The position numbers and the translations under genes were made by a program. 31,444 nucleotides of DNA, taken from positions 1-31,444 of IMG/VR virus record IMGVR_UViG_3300042154_001013. One strand, written 5' to 3'. The notes below the pieces were generated by a model. It saw only the letters and a list, made by a program, of their open reading frames with translations. It was not told where the DNA came from and did not search any database. This DNA is from a virus (Duplodnaviria > Caudoviricetes). This document shows, piece by piece, positions 18,718 to 27,732 of the stretch (the stretch's first letter is position 1; each line of letters starts with the position of its first letter).

Positions 18718-19652
18718 TGGCTGTATATGATGGTAAAGTTTGGTTTGGTAACCAACGTTATGGCACTTGGATTAAAGCTCCCCTAGCTGACATGGATGCT
18801 AGCTCTACAGGGTTTCAGTCTGAGCAAAACTTTAGCAATGGTGGAAGCTTTATAAAGTCTTCTTTTGGTTCAGCTAGATCTTTCAGCATGTCTTGGAACG
18901 GTGACGTTAACGACCTTCAGGTTATTAAAAACTTTAAAGACGGCTTGTATGGTGGTGGACTTCTGTATTGGGAAGATCCGTTTGCTAAGAACATTCTTCC
19001 GCCACATTGGGCTGCACCTATGCTTACTGTGCGTGATTGGCCTAGCCTTATTTCTAGCGACAACAAACCTACTCCTATAACAGAGTCAACTTCAGGCAAA
19101 AACTTGCCTTACCAAAGTGCACAGTATGTTGTAACAAACACTGCGGAAACTTCTAGGTCTTTAACTATTCTTATTCCGGAAGAGCATGTCCTTAGACTTG
19201 GTTTTGTTTACTCTGCTACGGGCACAGCTAGCATTAAGGTTGTGCCAGTTCTAGCTTCTAACGGCCTTGATGCCACACACGTAACTTTAACACAACTAGC
19301 TTACAATACTTCTTCTATTTACGATATTAGCAACGGCACTTTTAGTAACGTAACTGGAGCAAGCCAAAAAGTTAAAGCTGTTAGAGTTTATATCTCTAAG
19401 TCGGATAATACTGCTTCAACTATAACTATTCGCGGTGGTATTGGTACATTATTTTTAGCTGATGGAGTTTCTGGGCATGGGCACGATCTTTGGGATTATG
19501 GTGTAGAATATGCAACTAACTGGAGTCCAGGTCAAGGGTTTACTGGCTGCGTAATGACAGAGCCACCTTCAATACAATACAATGGTATTGTTGGGGGGCA
19601 AAAGCTTGTTAAGGTTGGCGCAAAACTTAAAGAGGTTGAAGCATGGCTGTAG
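18717..19652 (+). CDS. Minor tail protein (distal tail/Dit-like)
   Basis: TAATG overlap; first gene after the tape measure gene; 'LYWEDPFAKNILPPHWA' motif. Confidence 0.7.
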   Translation: MAVYDGKVWFGNQRYGTWIKAPLADMDASSTGFQSEQNFSNGGSFIKSSFGSARSFSMSWNGDVNDLQVIKNFKDGLYGGGLLYWEDPFAKNILPPHWAAPMLTVRDWPSLISSDNKPTPITESTSGKNLPYQSAQYVVTNTAETSRSLTILIPEEHVLRLGFVYSATGTASIKVVPVLASNGLDATHVTLTQLAYNTSSIYDISNGTFSNVTGASQKVKAVRVYISKSDNTASTITIRGGIGTLFLADGVSGHGHDLWDYGVEYATNWSPGQGFTGCVMTEPPSIQYNGIVGGQKLVKVGAKLKEVEAWL

Positions 19653-21313
19653 TTTTTAAAGCAAAAACTGGTTCCGCGCATGTGAGCGAGCTCGCTAATT
19701 ACAGCGTAGTTGCAGAAACAGTTTCTACTGACGCGACAGACAGTGGTGGGTCTACTGGATCTATGGATGTGACCTTGCTTTCTTCAGATTCAACTATTGA
19801 CAAGGATGGCAACAGGGTTAACAGGCCAGGCTACATGAGGGCAAGCGCGTTGCTAGGTCGTGAAGTTTCTTTAATAGACTCACCTATGTATTACAATGAA
19901 TCAAAGTTTGATTACCAAAAGTCTACTAATGGTAGAGGATCTTTTCACGGAACCGTAAGCTCAATGAATGCTAGTGCAGGAGGCACAACTAGCTTTAGCG
20001 TAGATAGTTTGCTGTTTAAGTTTAACTGTGAAAAAACTGCTGAACCACACTTTGGGGCTACAGCTACACAAAAAACTGCTTTCATATATTACTGTAGCTT
20101 AGCTAATGTGGTTGTAGATCAAAACCTTATTAGCTCTGACTTTGACATTCCTGTAAACTATGCGGCTTGGAAGGGTAATGTTTGGGAGCACATTAAAATG
20201 TTTTGTGTAGCTAACAAGGCTGAAGTATTTGTTAACTATAGTGGGCAAATTGTTTTAAGAAAGATTAGACAAAACACTATTTCTGTCATGGAGAACAGCG
20301 GCGCTTCAATGAGCGTAAATCTTTTAGGCAACACTAGAGCTATTGAAATGTATCATTACGATAATTCTTGGGAGCAAGATGATGTAATATATTCTGCTGA
20401 AACAACTTTTCAACTTAATAGAGGCGAGCAACTTACTGAGCTTGTAGATGTAAGTTTTTCTACTACAGACGATAAGATTATCCAACCTGTGTGCGTCAAA
20501 GCAATTATGCCTTATCCTTTTGTTGGAGGTGTAAACCAATCTGTTTACACTGTTACTGACAACTTAAACTTTCCTGTAGAACCTGAGTGGTGGAATGATA
20601 GTGGTGGAAAAGTTTATGTCAGTGTGTCTAAGGAAAATCCTCTTCAACTTGAAATAAAGATTCAAGCACCCGATCAGGAAAACAGTGCGTATGTTGAGCC
20701 TTTTAAACTTGCAGAGTATGATACAGAATCTAGACCTGCCCTGTATATTTGTGGTGACGGTGTTAAGATAAACAAGAAACTTAGAACTATAGCTACTGGC
20801 GCTGATGAAACTTTTATTTCTAGGGACAGTAAGGCTACTGTAGACAATCCTTTTATTACAGATATTTCCTATCATTTATTGCAGTCTTCAGCTTATGCTA
20901 CTGGCCCTACCGCTAGCGTTAGTTTGACAATAGGTAAGTCTGGTTTGCCTTACGAAATAAATGAAGTTGCTGGAGCAAGATTTAAGCACAAGAACGGTTA
21001 CTATAGGGTAACTAACGCAAACATTTCAGATTCTGGCATAGGTTTAACAGGTAAAGCTGACACTACTTTTGATGATTTAACATTAGTGTATTCAGAAACT
21101 TTTGGTGAATACAATAGCACTGTAGCTTACAGCCCAAATAACTTTACTTCTTTTAACAATGACACTAGCAGGCCTTCAAATACTTTTGCAGGCTTTAACT
21201 TAGCTTATCCTGCTGAGACTTTCGAGCAAGTTGGAGAGTCTTACCTTGGGTTAAGCTTTTCGGACATGGCTTTTATGCCTCTAGGAGATAAGTTGGATCT
21301 ATATGTCAACTAA
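19643..21313 (+). CDS. Minor tail protein (tail tip / hub-like)
   Basis: Second gene after the tape measure gene; 556 aa; beta-rich. Confidence 0.65.
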   Translation: MAVVFKAKTGSAHVSELANYSVVAETVSTDATDSGGSTGSMDVTLLSSDSTIDKDGNRVNRPGYMRASALLGREVSLIDSPMYYNESKFDYQKSTNGRGSFHGTVSSMNASAGGTTSFSVDSLLFKFNCEKTAEPHFGATATQKTAFIYYCSLANVVVDQNLISSDFDIPVNYAAWKGNVWEHIKMFCVANKAEVFVNYSGQIVLRKIRQNTISVMENSGASMSVNLLGNTRAIEMYHYDNSWEQDDVIYSAETTFQLNRGEQLTELVDVSFSTTDDKIIQPVCVKAIMPYPFVGGVNQSVYTVTDNLNFPVEPEWWNDSGGKVYVSVSKENPLQLEIKIQAPDQENSAYVEPFKLAEYDTESRPALYICGDGVKINKKLRTIATGADETFISRDSKATVDNPFITDISYHLLQSSAYATGPTASVSLTIGKSGLPYEINEVAGARFKHKNGYYRVTNANISDSGIGLTGKADTTFDDLTLVYSETFGEYNSTVAYSPNNFTSFNNDTSRPSNTFAGFNLAYPAETFEQVGESYLGLSFSDMAFMPLGDKLDLYVN

Positions 21314-22100
21314 ACCTACATCTAATTCTCCTGCTGAAATGCAGAAGTGGTCTCGCTGGGTTGATAAGCAGCTTGATGAGCTTGGTGATGCAGCTATCCC
21401 TGCCATTAAGGCACAGCTTGATCGAATGAATGCTAATGATATTCGTTATCAACAAGAAATGGCTACTCTTCAATATCAGATCAAATATTTATCTGACGCT
21501 ATTACAGCTACTACCACCACAGATTTCGCTGCGTTACAAACTTTGTTAAGAACTGGTGAGCCGATACAACAGGTCGTGGCCCCTCCTTCAGCACCAGCGG
21601 CTACTTCTGCTACGGTTGTTTTTACTGCTTCGGGTTCAGCTTCTTGGGCTGGGGCTAACCTTATTACGGGCACAGGTGAGTTTACTGACGCGAAGATGAT
21701 GTATCAAGGCCCTGCTGCTGGCTCTCAAAAGACTGCTTCTTTTTGGTTTTCTGCGGCAGATCTTGCTAAGGTTGCAGATAAGACTATTACTTCTGCTTCA
21801 GTTTATGTGAAGAACAGGCATTTTTATTACAATGCTGGTGGCACAGTGAACTTTGGTACACACGCTAACCAAAGCGCACTTCGTCCTACTGCGCAAACTA
21901 ATGCTTTTAACGTGGCCTTTAAATATGGTGAAGGTAAATATGTAGCACTTGACTCTACGGTGTATAATGGTATCAGCAGCGGATCTGTTAAAGGTTTTTC
22001 TATTGGTATTCTTGCCACGGACGACCCAGAGGATTACGCATACTTTGATGGCGCACTAAAGTCTTCACCACCAAAGCTTAAAATAACATACAACTTATAG
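21303..22100 (+). CDS. Minor tail protein
   Basis: N-terminal coiled coil; C-terminal 'PPKLKITY' ending typical of tail-tip beta-sandwich domains. Confidence 0.65.
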   Translation: MSTKPTSNSPAEMQKWSRWVDKQLDELGDAAIPAIKAQLDRMNANDIRYQQEMATLQYQIKYLSDAITATTTTDFAALQTLLRTGEPIQQVVAPPSAPAATSATVVFTASGSASWAGANLITGTGEFTDAKMMYQGPAAGSQKTASFWFSAADLAKVADKTITSASVYVKNRHFYYNAGGTVNFGTHANQSALRPTAQTNAFNVAFKYGEGKYVALDSTVYNGISSGSVKGFSIGILATDDPEDYAYFDGALKSSPPKLKITYNL

Positions 22101-22109
22101 GAGATGTAG

Positions 22110-22958
22110 ATGTCTGAAACCCCAAATCTTAAAATTGTTGCACCTGATGCTTCTTCAGTGTTGGTGCCACTTCACGCACATTTTAAAGGTCTTGCTGACA
22201 CTGTAGATCAAGCAATCACAGATCGCTTTCAGCTAAAAAATCTTTCCTTTGAAACTACTGCAGCAAGAGATCTTGTTTACACAGAAACCACTGGACTGCC
22301 AACCGCAGCGAACACAGGTAAACCAGCTTTGGTTGATGGTGACGTTTGCTATATAAGGGATAAAAAAAGATATTTTATTTGGAATGTTAATACTTCTGGA
22401 ACCAACTCTTGGGCTCAGGTTCTTAAAAAATTTGTATTTTCAAACATTGCAAATAGAGACCTAATGCTAGCAGAAGACATAGCAACTGGGGATACTTGCT
22501 ATGTTATTGATATTGGTGTTGAGTATGTTTGGAATGGATCATCTTGGGATGGTGGCGCATGGAAAGCCTGGACACCTACCGTAACTGGAACTTTAACTTT
22601 AGGAACTGGAGGCAGTGCATCATATGCATATAGCAAGCAGGGTAAAACTATTACTGTTAGAGGTAAGATAACTTTTGGCACAAGTCCTGCAATGTCTAGC
22701 GTAACGCTTTCCTTGCCTGTAAATGCGATCTCAGCATATAGCGCATCAAATGATGGTGGCGGATTACTTACGGCATCTAAGAGCGGAACCCTTTATGCTG
22801 GAGTGGTGAGAATATCATCTGGAACTACATTAATCCCATCATCCTATACCTCAGCAGGCTTAGGTGCTATTGCTACCATTTCAGGATCATCTTTTAATGC
22901 TAACGCTTTTGCTAGCGGAGATTACATTAGCTTCTCAGCAACCTATGAAGCTGCTTAA
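22110..22958 (+). CDS. Minor tail / receptor-binding protein
   Basis: SD AGGAG; 'WKAWTPT...YSKQGKTITV...LSLPV...SFSATYEA' head-domain pattern. Confidence 0.7.
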   Translation: MSETPNLKIVAPDASSVLVPLHAHFKGLADTVDQAITDRFQLKNLSFETTAARDLVYTETTGLPTAANTGKPALVDGDVCYIRDKKRYFIWNVNTSGTNSWAQVLKKFVFSNIANRDLMLAEDIATGDTCYVIDIGVEYVWNGSSWDGGAWKAWTPTVTGTLTLGTGGSASYAYSKQGKTITVRGKITFGTSPAMSSVTLSLPVNAISAYSASNDGGGLLTASKSGTLYAGVVRISSGTTLIPSSYTSAGLGAIATISGSSFNANAFASGDYISFSATYEAA

Positions 22959-22972
22959 GAAAGGAATAACTA

Positions 22973-23584
22973 ATGCCTACAACAACACCTTGGCTCGTAG
23001 CCTATCCTGATGCAAACTCTAATTTGACTCCACTTGAGAGCCATTTTCAGAATCTTGCAACAACAACAAACACTGCTATAACTGCAGTGCAAAATGAAAT
23101 TGTAAACTCTGAAATTGATCCAATAAACAATAGGCTACAGCTTGATTTGAAGACAGGTCCTGCAGGGCCTAGCGGTTCTCCTACCGAGGGTTCAATGTAT
23201 TGGGATCAAGGGTCAAATATTATGTACACCTATTCTAGGGGTGGCTGGGTTCAGTCTTGGCACGATATGGATTGGACTAACATTACAGTTAGCTCTGGTT
23301 TTGCTGCGATGTCTGGCAATACTCCTCAATATAAAATTATTGGTGGCGTTGTATATCTTAGAGGCGGGTTTGCTTCAACAGGGATTTCTGCAACAAACAC
23401 ACTTTACAATATTGGAACAATTCCAGCAGGCTTTAGGCCTACTGGCACGGTTGTCTATCCCGGGATGACCACTGCAAACACACCTGACGAAACAAAGATT
23501 ACAGTATCAACTGCAGGAGTGTTAAGCATAAGCGTTTCAACTACGGGATCTAACTATTTTATTAGCGGTTCATACGCAATTTAA
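22973..23584 (+). CDS. Minor tail / receptor-binding protein
   Basis: SD AAGGA; 'QYKIIGGVVYLRG...IGTIPAGFRP' fibre head motif. Confidence 0.75.
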   Translation: MPTTTPWLVAYPDANSNLTPLESHFQNLATTTNTAITAVQNEIVNSEIDPINNRLQLDLKTGPAGPSGSPTEGSMYWDQGSNIMYTYSRGGWVQSWHDMDWTNITVSSGFAAMSGNTPQYKIIGGVVYLRGGFASTGISATNTLYNIGTIPAGFRPTGTVVYPGMTTANTPDETKITVSTAGVLSISVSTTGSNYFISGSYAI

Positions 23585-23597
23585 AGAAAGAAGAAAA

Positions 23598-24146
23598 ATG
23601 ACAGAAAAAATAGCAATTTATGTAGAACCATTCCCAAAAAACAAGCGTGGCGATGGCTTCAAGAACATGGCTTCATACAGAACTAACCCACACCGTGGCG
23701 TAGACTGGTCTGTTGCCGGAGGTTCAAAGATTAAGGCCATTACAGGCGGAACAGTTATGGAAGTTGGCGAGACTAAAGTCTTGGGTAACTACCTAATTCA
23801 ATCTACTTACGATGGTTGCTTTATTCTTTACGCACACTTCCAAGTCCCATCAACTCTAAAGCAGGGTGACAAGGTTGAGGCTGGAAAGACTATCGTTGGT
23901 CTAGTTGGAACAACTGGAACAGCTTCAACTGGAAACCACCTACACGTTACATACGGTGTGAAGAAGAACCTGATCACAGCTGGTATGCCTGATCTGCGTG
24001 ATCTATTCGCCGTACTCGATGCAGCACCTAAGAAGACTGTTGCAGCTAAGGTTGTGTCTGCTGTCAAAAAAGTTGTGCCAACTAAAGCTGCTAAGGCTAC
24101 AGTAGTCCTTTCTGAGCCAGCAAAGCCTACTGCAACCAAAAAGTAG
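23598..24146 (+). CDS. Endolysin, peptidase M23 family
   Basis: HxxxD (HRGVD), YAH and 'GTTGTASTGNHLH' (HxH) motifs; K/A/P-rich tail; upstream of membrane genes. Confidence 0.9.
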   Translation: MTEKIAIYVEPFPKNKRGDGFKNMASYRTNPHRGVDWSVAGGSKIKAITGGTVMEVGETKVLGNYLIQSTYDGCFILYAHFQVPSTLKQGDKVEAGKTIVGLVGTTGTASTGNHLHVTYGVKKNLITAGMPDLRDLFAVLDAAPKKTVAAKVVSAVKKVVPTKAAKATVVLSEPAKPTATKK

Positions 24147-24148
24147 GC

Positions 24149-24160
24149 TAGTGTATAATA
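24149..24160 (+). promoter_or_regulatory. Candidate -10 promoter element upstream of the holin-like gene
   Basis: TAGTGTATAATA, intergenic, identical to 8192-8203. Confidence 0.45.
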
Positions 24161-24197
24161 GGTAATGTATATTACTAAAGGGCGAGATTGGTATAAA

Positions 24198-24476
24198 ATG
24201 CGTGAAAGAATTAACAAGATCGTTTCTATCATTGGTATGCTTGCTTGGCGTGGCTTTGGGGTGTTTCTATTTATCCTTGGTGGTGCCGCTGGTTCTGGTG
24301 CTGTCATTACTGGGAGCCCTCTAACAGGTATTCTTATTGCTTGGGTTACTTTGATGCTAGGTATCGTTGGTGCAGTAGGTTATGCTATTGCAGTAACAGG
24401 AACAGTAACTGCTAAGGATGTTGAAAAGGCTACTAAGGATGCGGTTCAAAAGCATGCTGAGGAAACGAAAAAGTAA
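24198..24476 (+). CDS. Holin-like membrane protein (alternative start 24165)
   Basis: Two or three hydrophobic segments and a charged C-terminus; directly after the endolysin. Confidence 0.7.
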   Translation: MRERINKIVSIIGMLAWRGFGVFLFILGGAAGSGAVITGSPLTGILIAWVTLMLGIVGAVGYAIAVTGTVTAKDVEKATKDAVQKHAEETKK

Positions 24477-24718
24477 TGTCTGATCAGCAACCAGAATTGT
24501 ATGTATCCCTTGGGCGACTTGAAGAGGGGATGCGTTTTGTTAGAGAATCGCAGGAGCGTATGGAACGTAAGATAGATGCACAAGATGCTCGTATTAATGA
24601 GATTGAGCTTGATGTTAAAGAACTTAAAACTCATAGAGCAAACAAAGCTAACTCTATTGCTATATGGATTTCTGTTATTGCAGTTTTGGTTTCGCTAGTC
24701 TCAAGTTTTCTACCGTAG
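24476..24718 (+). CDS. Coiled-coil protein with C-terminal transmembrane helix (lysis accessory / holin-like)
   Basis: TAATG overlap; heptad pattern followed by IAIWISVIAVLVSLV. Confidence 0.7.
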   Translation: MSDQQPELYVSLGRLEEGMRFVRESQERMERKIDAQDARINEIELDVKELKTHRANKANSIAIWISVIAVLVSLVSSFLP

Positions 24719-24735
24719 GTAGAACTACCCGACAA

Positions 24736-24771
24736 AATAAAAAGCCCCCGATTGCTCGGGGGTTTTTTATT
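24736..24771. terminator. Bidirectional rho-independent terminator
   Basis: AATAAAAAGCCCCCGA-TTGC-TCGGGGGTTTTTTATT between convergent operons, with an A tract on one side and a T tract on the other. Confidence 0.9.
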
Positions 24772-25429
24772 ACTTCTTTTTCTTAGGATCTAAGTTTATT
24801 CTGTTAGTCCATGCTTGACCTGCGGATCCGCCCCAAGCGTCCCAAGCTACACGACCTGGGCTAGGGTAGCCTTCTTCTCCAGAGTTAAACCCTGTAGCTT
24901 TTTTGTCTACTGTGTGTCTAGCAAAGTATGATTTCATTCTTGCAACAGTGTCTCTGCTTACAGCTTGCCCAGAGGCTAGCTGTGAAGCTCTGCGTCTACC
25001 TACGCTAGTGAACCCGCTACCAGCTTTACCGTCAGAGATCCAACCTAGCGCTCTCTTAGCCGCGCTTTGCACACCTGCTGGTGGCTTGTAGGTTTCACCT
25101 GCAGCTTCAGTAACTCTTAGGCTAGTGTTTACTAGGCCCGGTGGAATAGCAGCAAATCTACATGCTCCACCTTCTTCAATGTCTTGCTCGATAGCGCTGC
25201 ATTCAATGTCTTCACCTTCGCCCATGTGGAACACACAGTTGCCACACTTGACACCTATATCTAGGTTAGGGTTGTTTGCCGCATTGTCGTAGCCTGCGTT
25301 GATCGAGCTACCTTCAGACTGAAACTTTCCAGACTGCTCTACAATAGCTAGCATCGCATCCACCAGAGCTTTCTCATCACCTTCAACTTGTGCGTAAAGC
25401 TCTTGGCTAAATTCTTCAAATTTTTTCAT
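24770..25429 (-). CDS. Two-domain protein: HiPIP-like four-Cys domain plus a conserved phage domain of unknown function
   Basis: C-x2-C-x11-C-x12-C; C-terminal 'RASQLA...TVARMKSYFARH...GRVAWDAWGG' domain. Confidence 0.65.
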   Translation of the reverse strand: MKKFEEFSQELYAQVEGDEKALVDAMLAIVEQSGKFQSEGSSINAGYDNAANNPNLDIGVKCGNCVFHMGEGEDIECSAIEQDIEEGGACRFAAIPPGLVNTSLRVTEAAGETYKPPAGVQSAAKRALGWISDGKAGSGFTSVGRRRASQLASGQAVSRDTVARMKSYFARHTVDKKATGFNSGEEGYPSPGRVAWDAWGGSAGQAWTNRINLDPKKKK

Positions 25430-25623
25430 CCGATATCCAATCTTGATTTCTTGTCGTTAGAGTAGAAACCATCTCCGTTGAACGTCACGCCACCAAAGGT
25501 AAACATCTTAAACAAAGATACCTTACATTCAGGGCAGTCCCTGATGGCAGGGTTGGCGTCCATCTTGTGTTCTTGCTCTATAATTATCTCACACTGTGGA
25601 CATTTATAGTTGTAGTTAGGCAT
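25426..25623 (-). CDS. FmdB-family zinc ribbon protein (65 aa)
   Basis: MPNYNYKCPQC...CPEC...VTFNGDGFYSND; perfect SD AAGGAGG upstream of ATG 25623. Confidence 0.9.
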   Translation of the reverse strand: MPNYNYKCPQCEIIIEQEHKMDANPAIRDCPECKVSLFKMFTFGGVTFNGDGFYSNDKKSRLDIG

Positions 25624-25930
25624 GTCTGTGCCTCCTTGGCTCTCGACAAGTGTAACATTCGGTATCGTCGCACACGTAGTCGCAGTGTACACAGCCTAAG
25701 AACTCATCACTGAGTTCGACAGCGTAACGCCCACAGCCACATACTACAGGAACCTCTACGAGGCTATCTGTTTCGCGGTCGTAGATTACTTGTGTTACCG
25801 TATAATCTGCTTGTCTTGGTGACGTTCCTCGGCTGTTACTACCCAGCTCGCCATCCCAGGTTTTGTTTCGTGACCTGAAAATTCTTTGAAATAGTGACTT
25901 CCGCCGTCTATTGTTGGACATTGAACCCAT
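25616..25930 (-). CDS. Small Cys-rich protein (start uncertain)
   Basis: CGC...CVHCDYVC...CYTC fills the gap 25616-25795, but the only canonical starts lie within the upstream gene. Confidence 0.5.
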   Translation of the reverse strand: MGSMSNNRRRKSLFQRIFRSRNKTWDGELGSNSRGTSPRQADYTVTQVIYDRETDSLVEVPVVCGCGRYAVELSDEFLGCVHCDYVCDDTECYTCREPRRHRHA

Positions 25931-27096
25931 AGAGTGTTACCCCAATCTTCTTGTGCATCGTGGTGAAAGTGATGCGTAACTAGAACGTCAGACCCACCTA
26001 CTGGGTGACGGTTTGCTGCCATTGTTTTGAACCAGTTGAATACTTTGTTGCGGACGCTACCTCCGGCTCCTCTGCCGTAGATGTCGCCATGTGTTACTCC
26101 GTAAGTCCAGCCAAGGATCTTGGTTGTTACGGACATTTCTTTTTCAGCTATTTCAAAGCTGACATGCTTGAATCTAGGGTCGTTTTTGCAGGCTAGTTCA
26201 GCCATCTCGAACACTAGCAGGTCATCATTGTCACCTATTTCGGTGCGGTTGCCTGTAATTCTGTGTTCACCGTGGTTTCCTGGGGCTACGACTATTCTGA
26301 CGGTCTTGAAGTGTGGGGCTAGTGTGGCTATTCCGTGTAGGATTGCGGCTACTGTGCCTCTGACTTGTTCGCGACGGTTTCTGTCGATCCCATAGGACTG
26401 GTTAGGGTAGATTACACAGCCTTCAACCATGTCTCCACCGCCAATAATTACTAGCTCATCTAGTTTACGCCCGATAAGTCTGAGCTCTTCTACGCGCCTT
26501 ACAGCACCTTTAAAAGCGGCGTCTAGGCGAAGCACAAGAGCTTCAGTGCCACCGCCCTCACTCTTACCTAACTGCCAGTCAGCCCAATCGAGCACAAAAG
26601 TAGACTCAACAGCACCCTTAGGAGCAGGCTTTATTGCAGGCTTAGAGGCAATAGATTTCAGGATGTCAAATACTTCAGCCTGATCTAAAACATCGCCTGC
26701 AGTCTTCTTTTTAACAGCAAATAGGTATGAGTGTTTCCAGCGCATAGCTTGGTTGTCTCTATCCCAATACTGTTTGTGGCTTTCACGCAAGACTTTATCA
26801 ATCTCAACCTGTTCAGGGTTGTGACCAAACATTTTAAGCACTTGTTCATGGCTCATACCTGTTAGTTCAGAAGTCAACACTCCAGTGTTAAATGTTCCGG
26901 AAGATCCAACCCAATCTAAAGACTGAAACTGATCTTTACTGTCAGTAGATATAGCTTTACCAGCGCACTTGTTCCGGTGGTTGTTCACAGTAGTCCTGCC
27001 TACATCATACATAGAAGCTATCTTTCTGCTTGAAGAAGTAGCGAGCATTAACTCTAATTGTTCGTCAGGCAGTAAATCACAAACCTTACATTTCAT
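25795..27096 (-). CDS. Calcineurin-like metallophosphoesterase (Mre11/SbcD-like) with N-terminal Cys/HTH module
   Basis: Motifs DWQLG, GDMVEG, GNHG, HGD, HHFH; N-terminal CKVC...SSRKIASMYDVGRTTVNNHRNKC. Confidence 0.85.
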   Translation of the reverse strand: MKCKVCDLLPDEQLELMLATSSSRKIASMYDVGRTTVNNHRNKCAGKAISTDSKDQFQSLDWVGSSGTFNTGVLTSELTGMSHEQVLKMFGHNPEQVEIDKVLRESHKQYWDRDNQAMRWKHSYLFAVKKKTAGDVLDQAEVFDILKSIASKPAIKPAPKGAVESTFVLDWADWQLGKSEGGGTEALVLRLDAAFKGAVRRVEELRLIGRKLDELVIIGGGDMVEGCVIYPNQSYGIDRNRREQVRGTVAAILHGIATLAPHFKTVRIVVAPGNHGEHRITGNRTEIGDNDDLLVFEMAELACKNDPRFKHVSFEIAEKEMSVTTKILGWTYGVTHGDIYGRGAGGSVRNKVFNWFKTMAANRHPVGGSDVLVTHHFHHDAQEDWGNTLWVQCPTIDGGSHYFKEFSGHETKPGMASWVVTAEERHQDKQIIR

Positions 27097-27532
27097 CGGT
27101 CGACCATCCTTTTCTTAGTGTCGGCATGTGCCGATTGTTTCTCAAATAAATAATACCATGCCTTATAGCATCGTTAGCGTGGCCAAGACCAGGTTTGTGC
27201 AGGCCAAGAACTTTAAGTCTACTGTCGTCGCACAAATGTTTTTGTGATGGAGACTGATAGATTAACTCTGTTGGGTGTTCTAAGGCTTCTAGCGCACCAA
27301 TAATGTAGACAGGTGAAAGGTCAGGAAACTTCACTGAGGTTCTTAAAGTAAAGTTTTCACACACAATAAAATCCCAAGCCCACACTTTAGCATTGTCTTT
27401 ATGCCAAGCAATCATTCCTGCAAGTCCATTAGGAACTTGCTCAAAATGTTTTAACTCAGCTTCAGTTTCATCAGTGTAATCTATGATAGCCAGACCAGTC
27501 TTACCCCCTGGATCTAAAGACAAGATTCTCAT
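27086..27532 (-). CDS. RuvC-like Holliday junction resolvase
   Basis: ILSLDPGGKTG, IVCENF and HANDAIRH motifs (RNase H fold). Confidence 0.8.
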   Translation of the reverse strand: MRILSLDPGGKTGLAIIDYTDETEAELKHFEQVPNGLAGMIAWHKDNAKVWAWDFIVCENFTLRTSVKFPDLSPVYIIGALEALEHPTELIYQSPSQKHLCDDSRLKVLGLHKPGLGHANDAIRHGIIYLRNNRHMPTLRKGWSTDEM

Positions 27533-27732
27533 CTTTTGTACACCTCTTTACGCATGTGTACAGCCCACGGTAATTCCTTGTAAGCACTAGATTCTACATA
27601 CTGAAAACATTCTCTAGCTAGCTGGTCTCTGTCACCCATAGAGTATCTTCTGTAGTGATAGTGCACGGCTTCAGTATCTTTGATTACATTCTCAAACAAA
27701 GACTTCTTATTGAATAAACTAACTACACTCAT
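27529..27732 (-). CDS. Hypothetical protein
   Basis: ATGA overlaps at both ends. Confidence 0.7.
   Translation of the reverse strand: MSVVSLFNKKSLFENVIKDTEAVHYHYRRYSMGDRDQLARECFQYVESSAYKELPWAVHMRKEVYKR

Noticed and set aside
572-24634. Numerous minus-strand ORFs (60-160 aa) opposite the structural genes
   Set aside because: They are antisense shadows of biased codon usage, fully overlap well-supported genes, and show no recognisable motifs.
25624-25692. N-terminal extension of the FmdB-like ORF
   Set aside because: The AAGGAGG SD and the family-typical MPxYxY start support ATG 25623.
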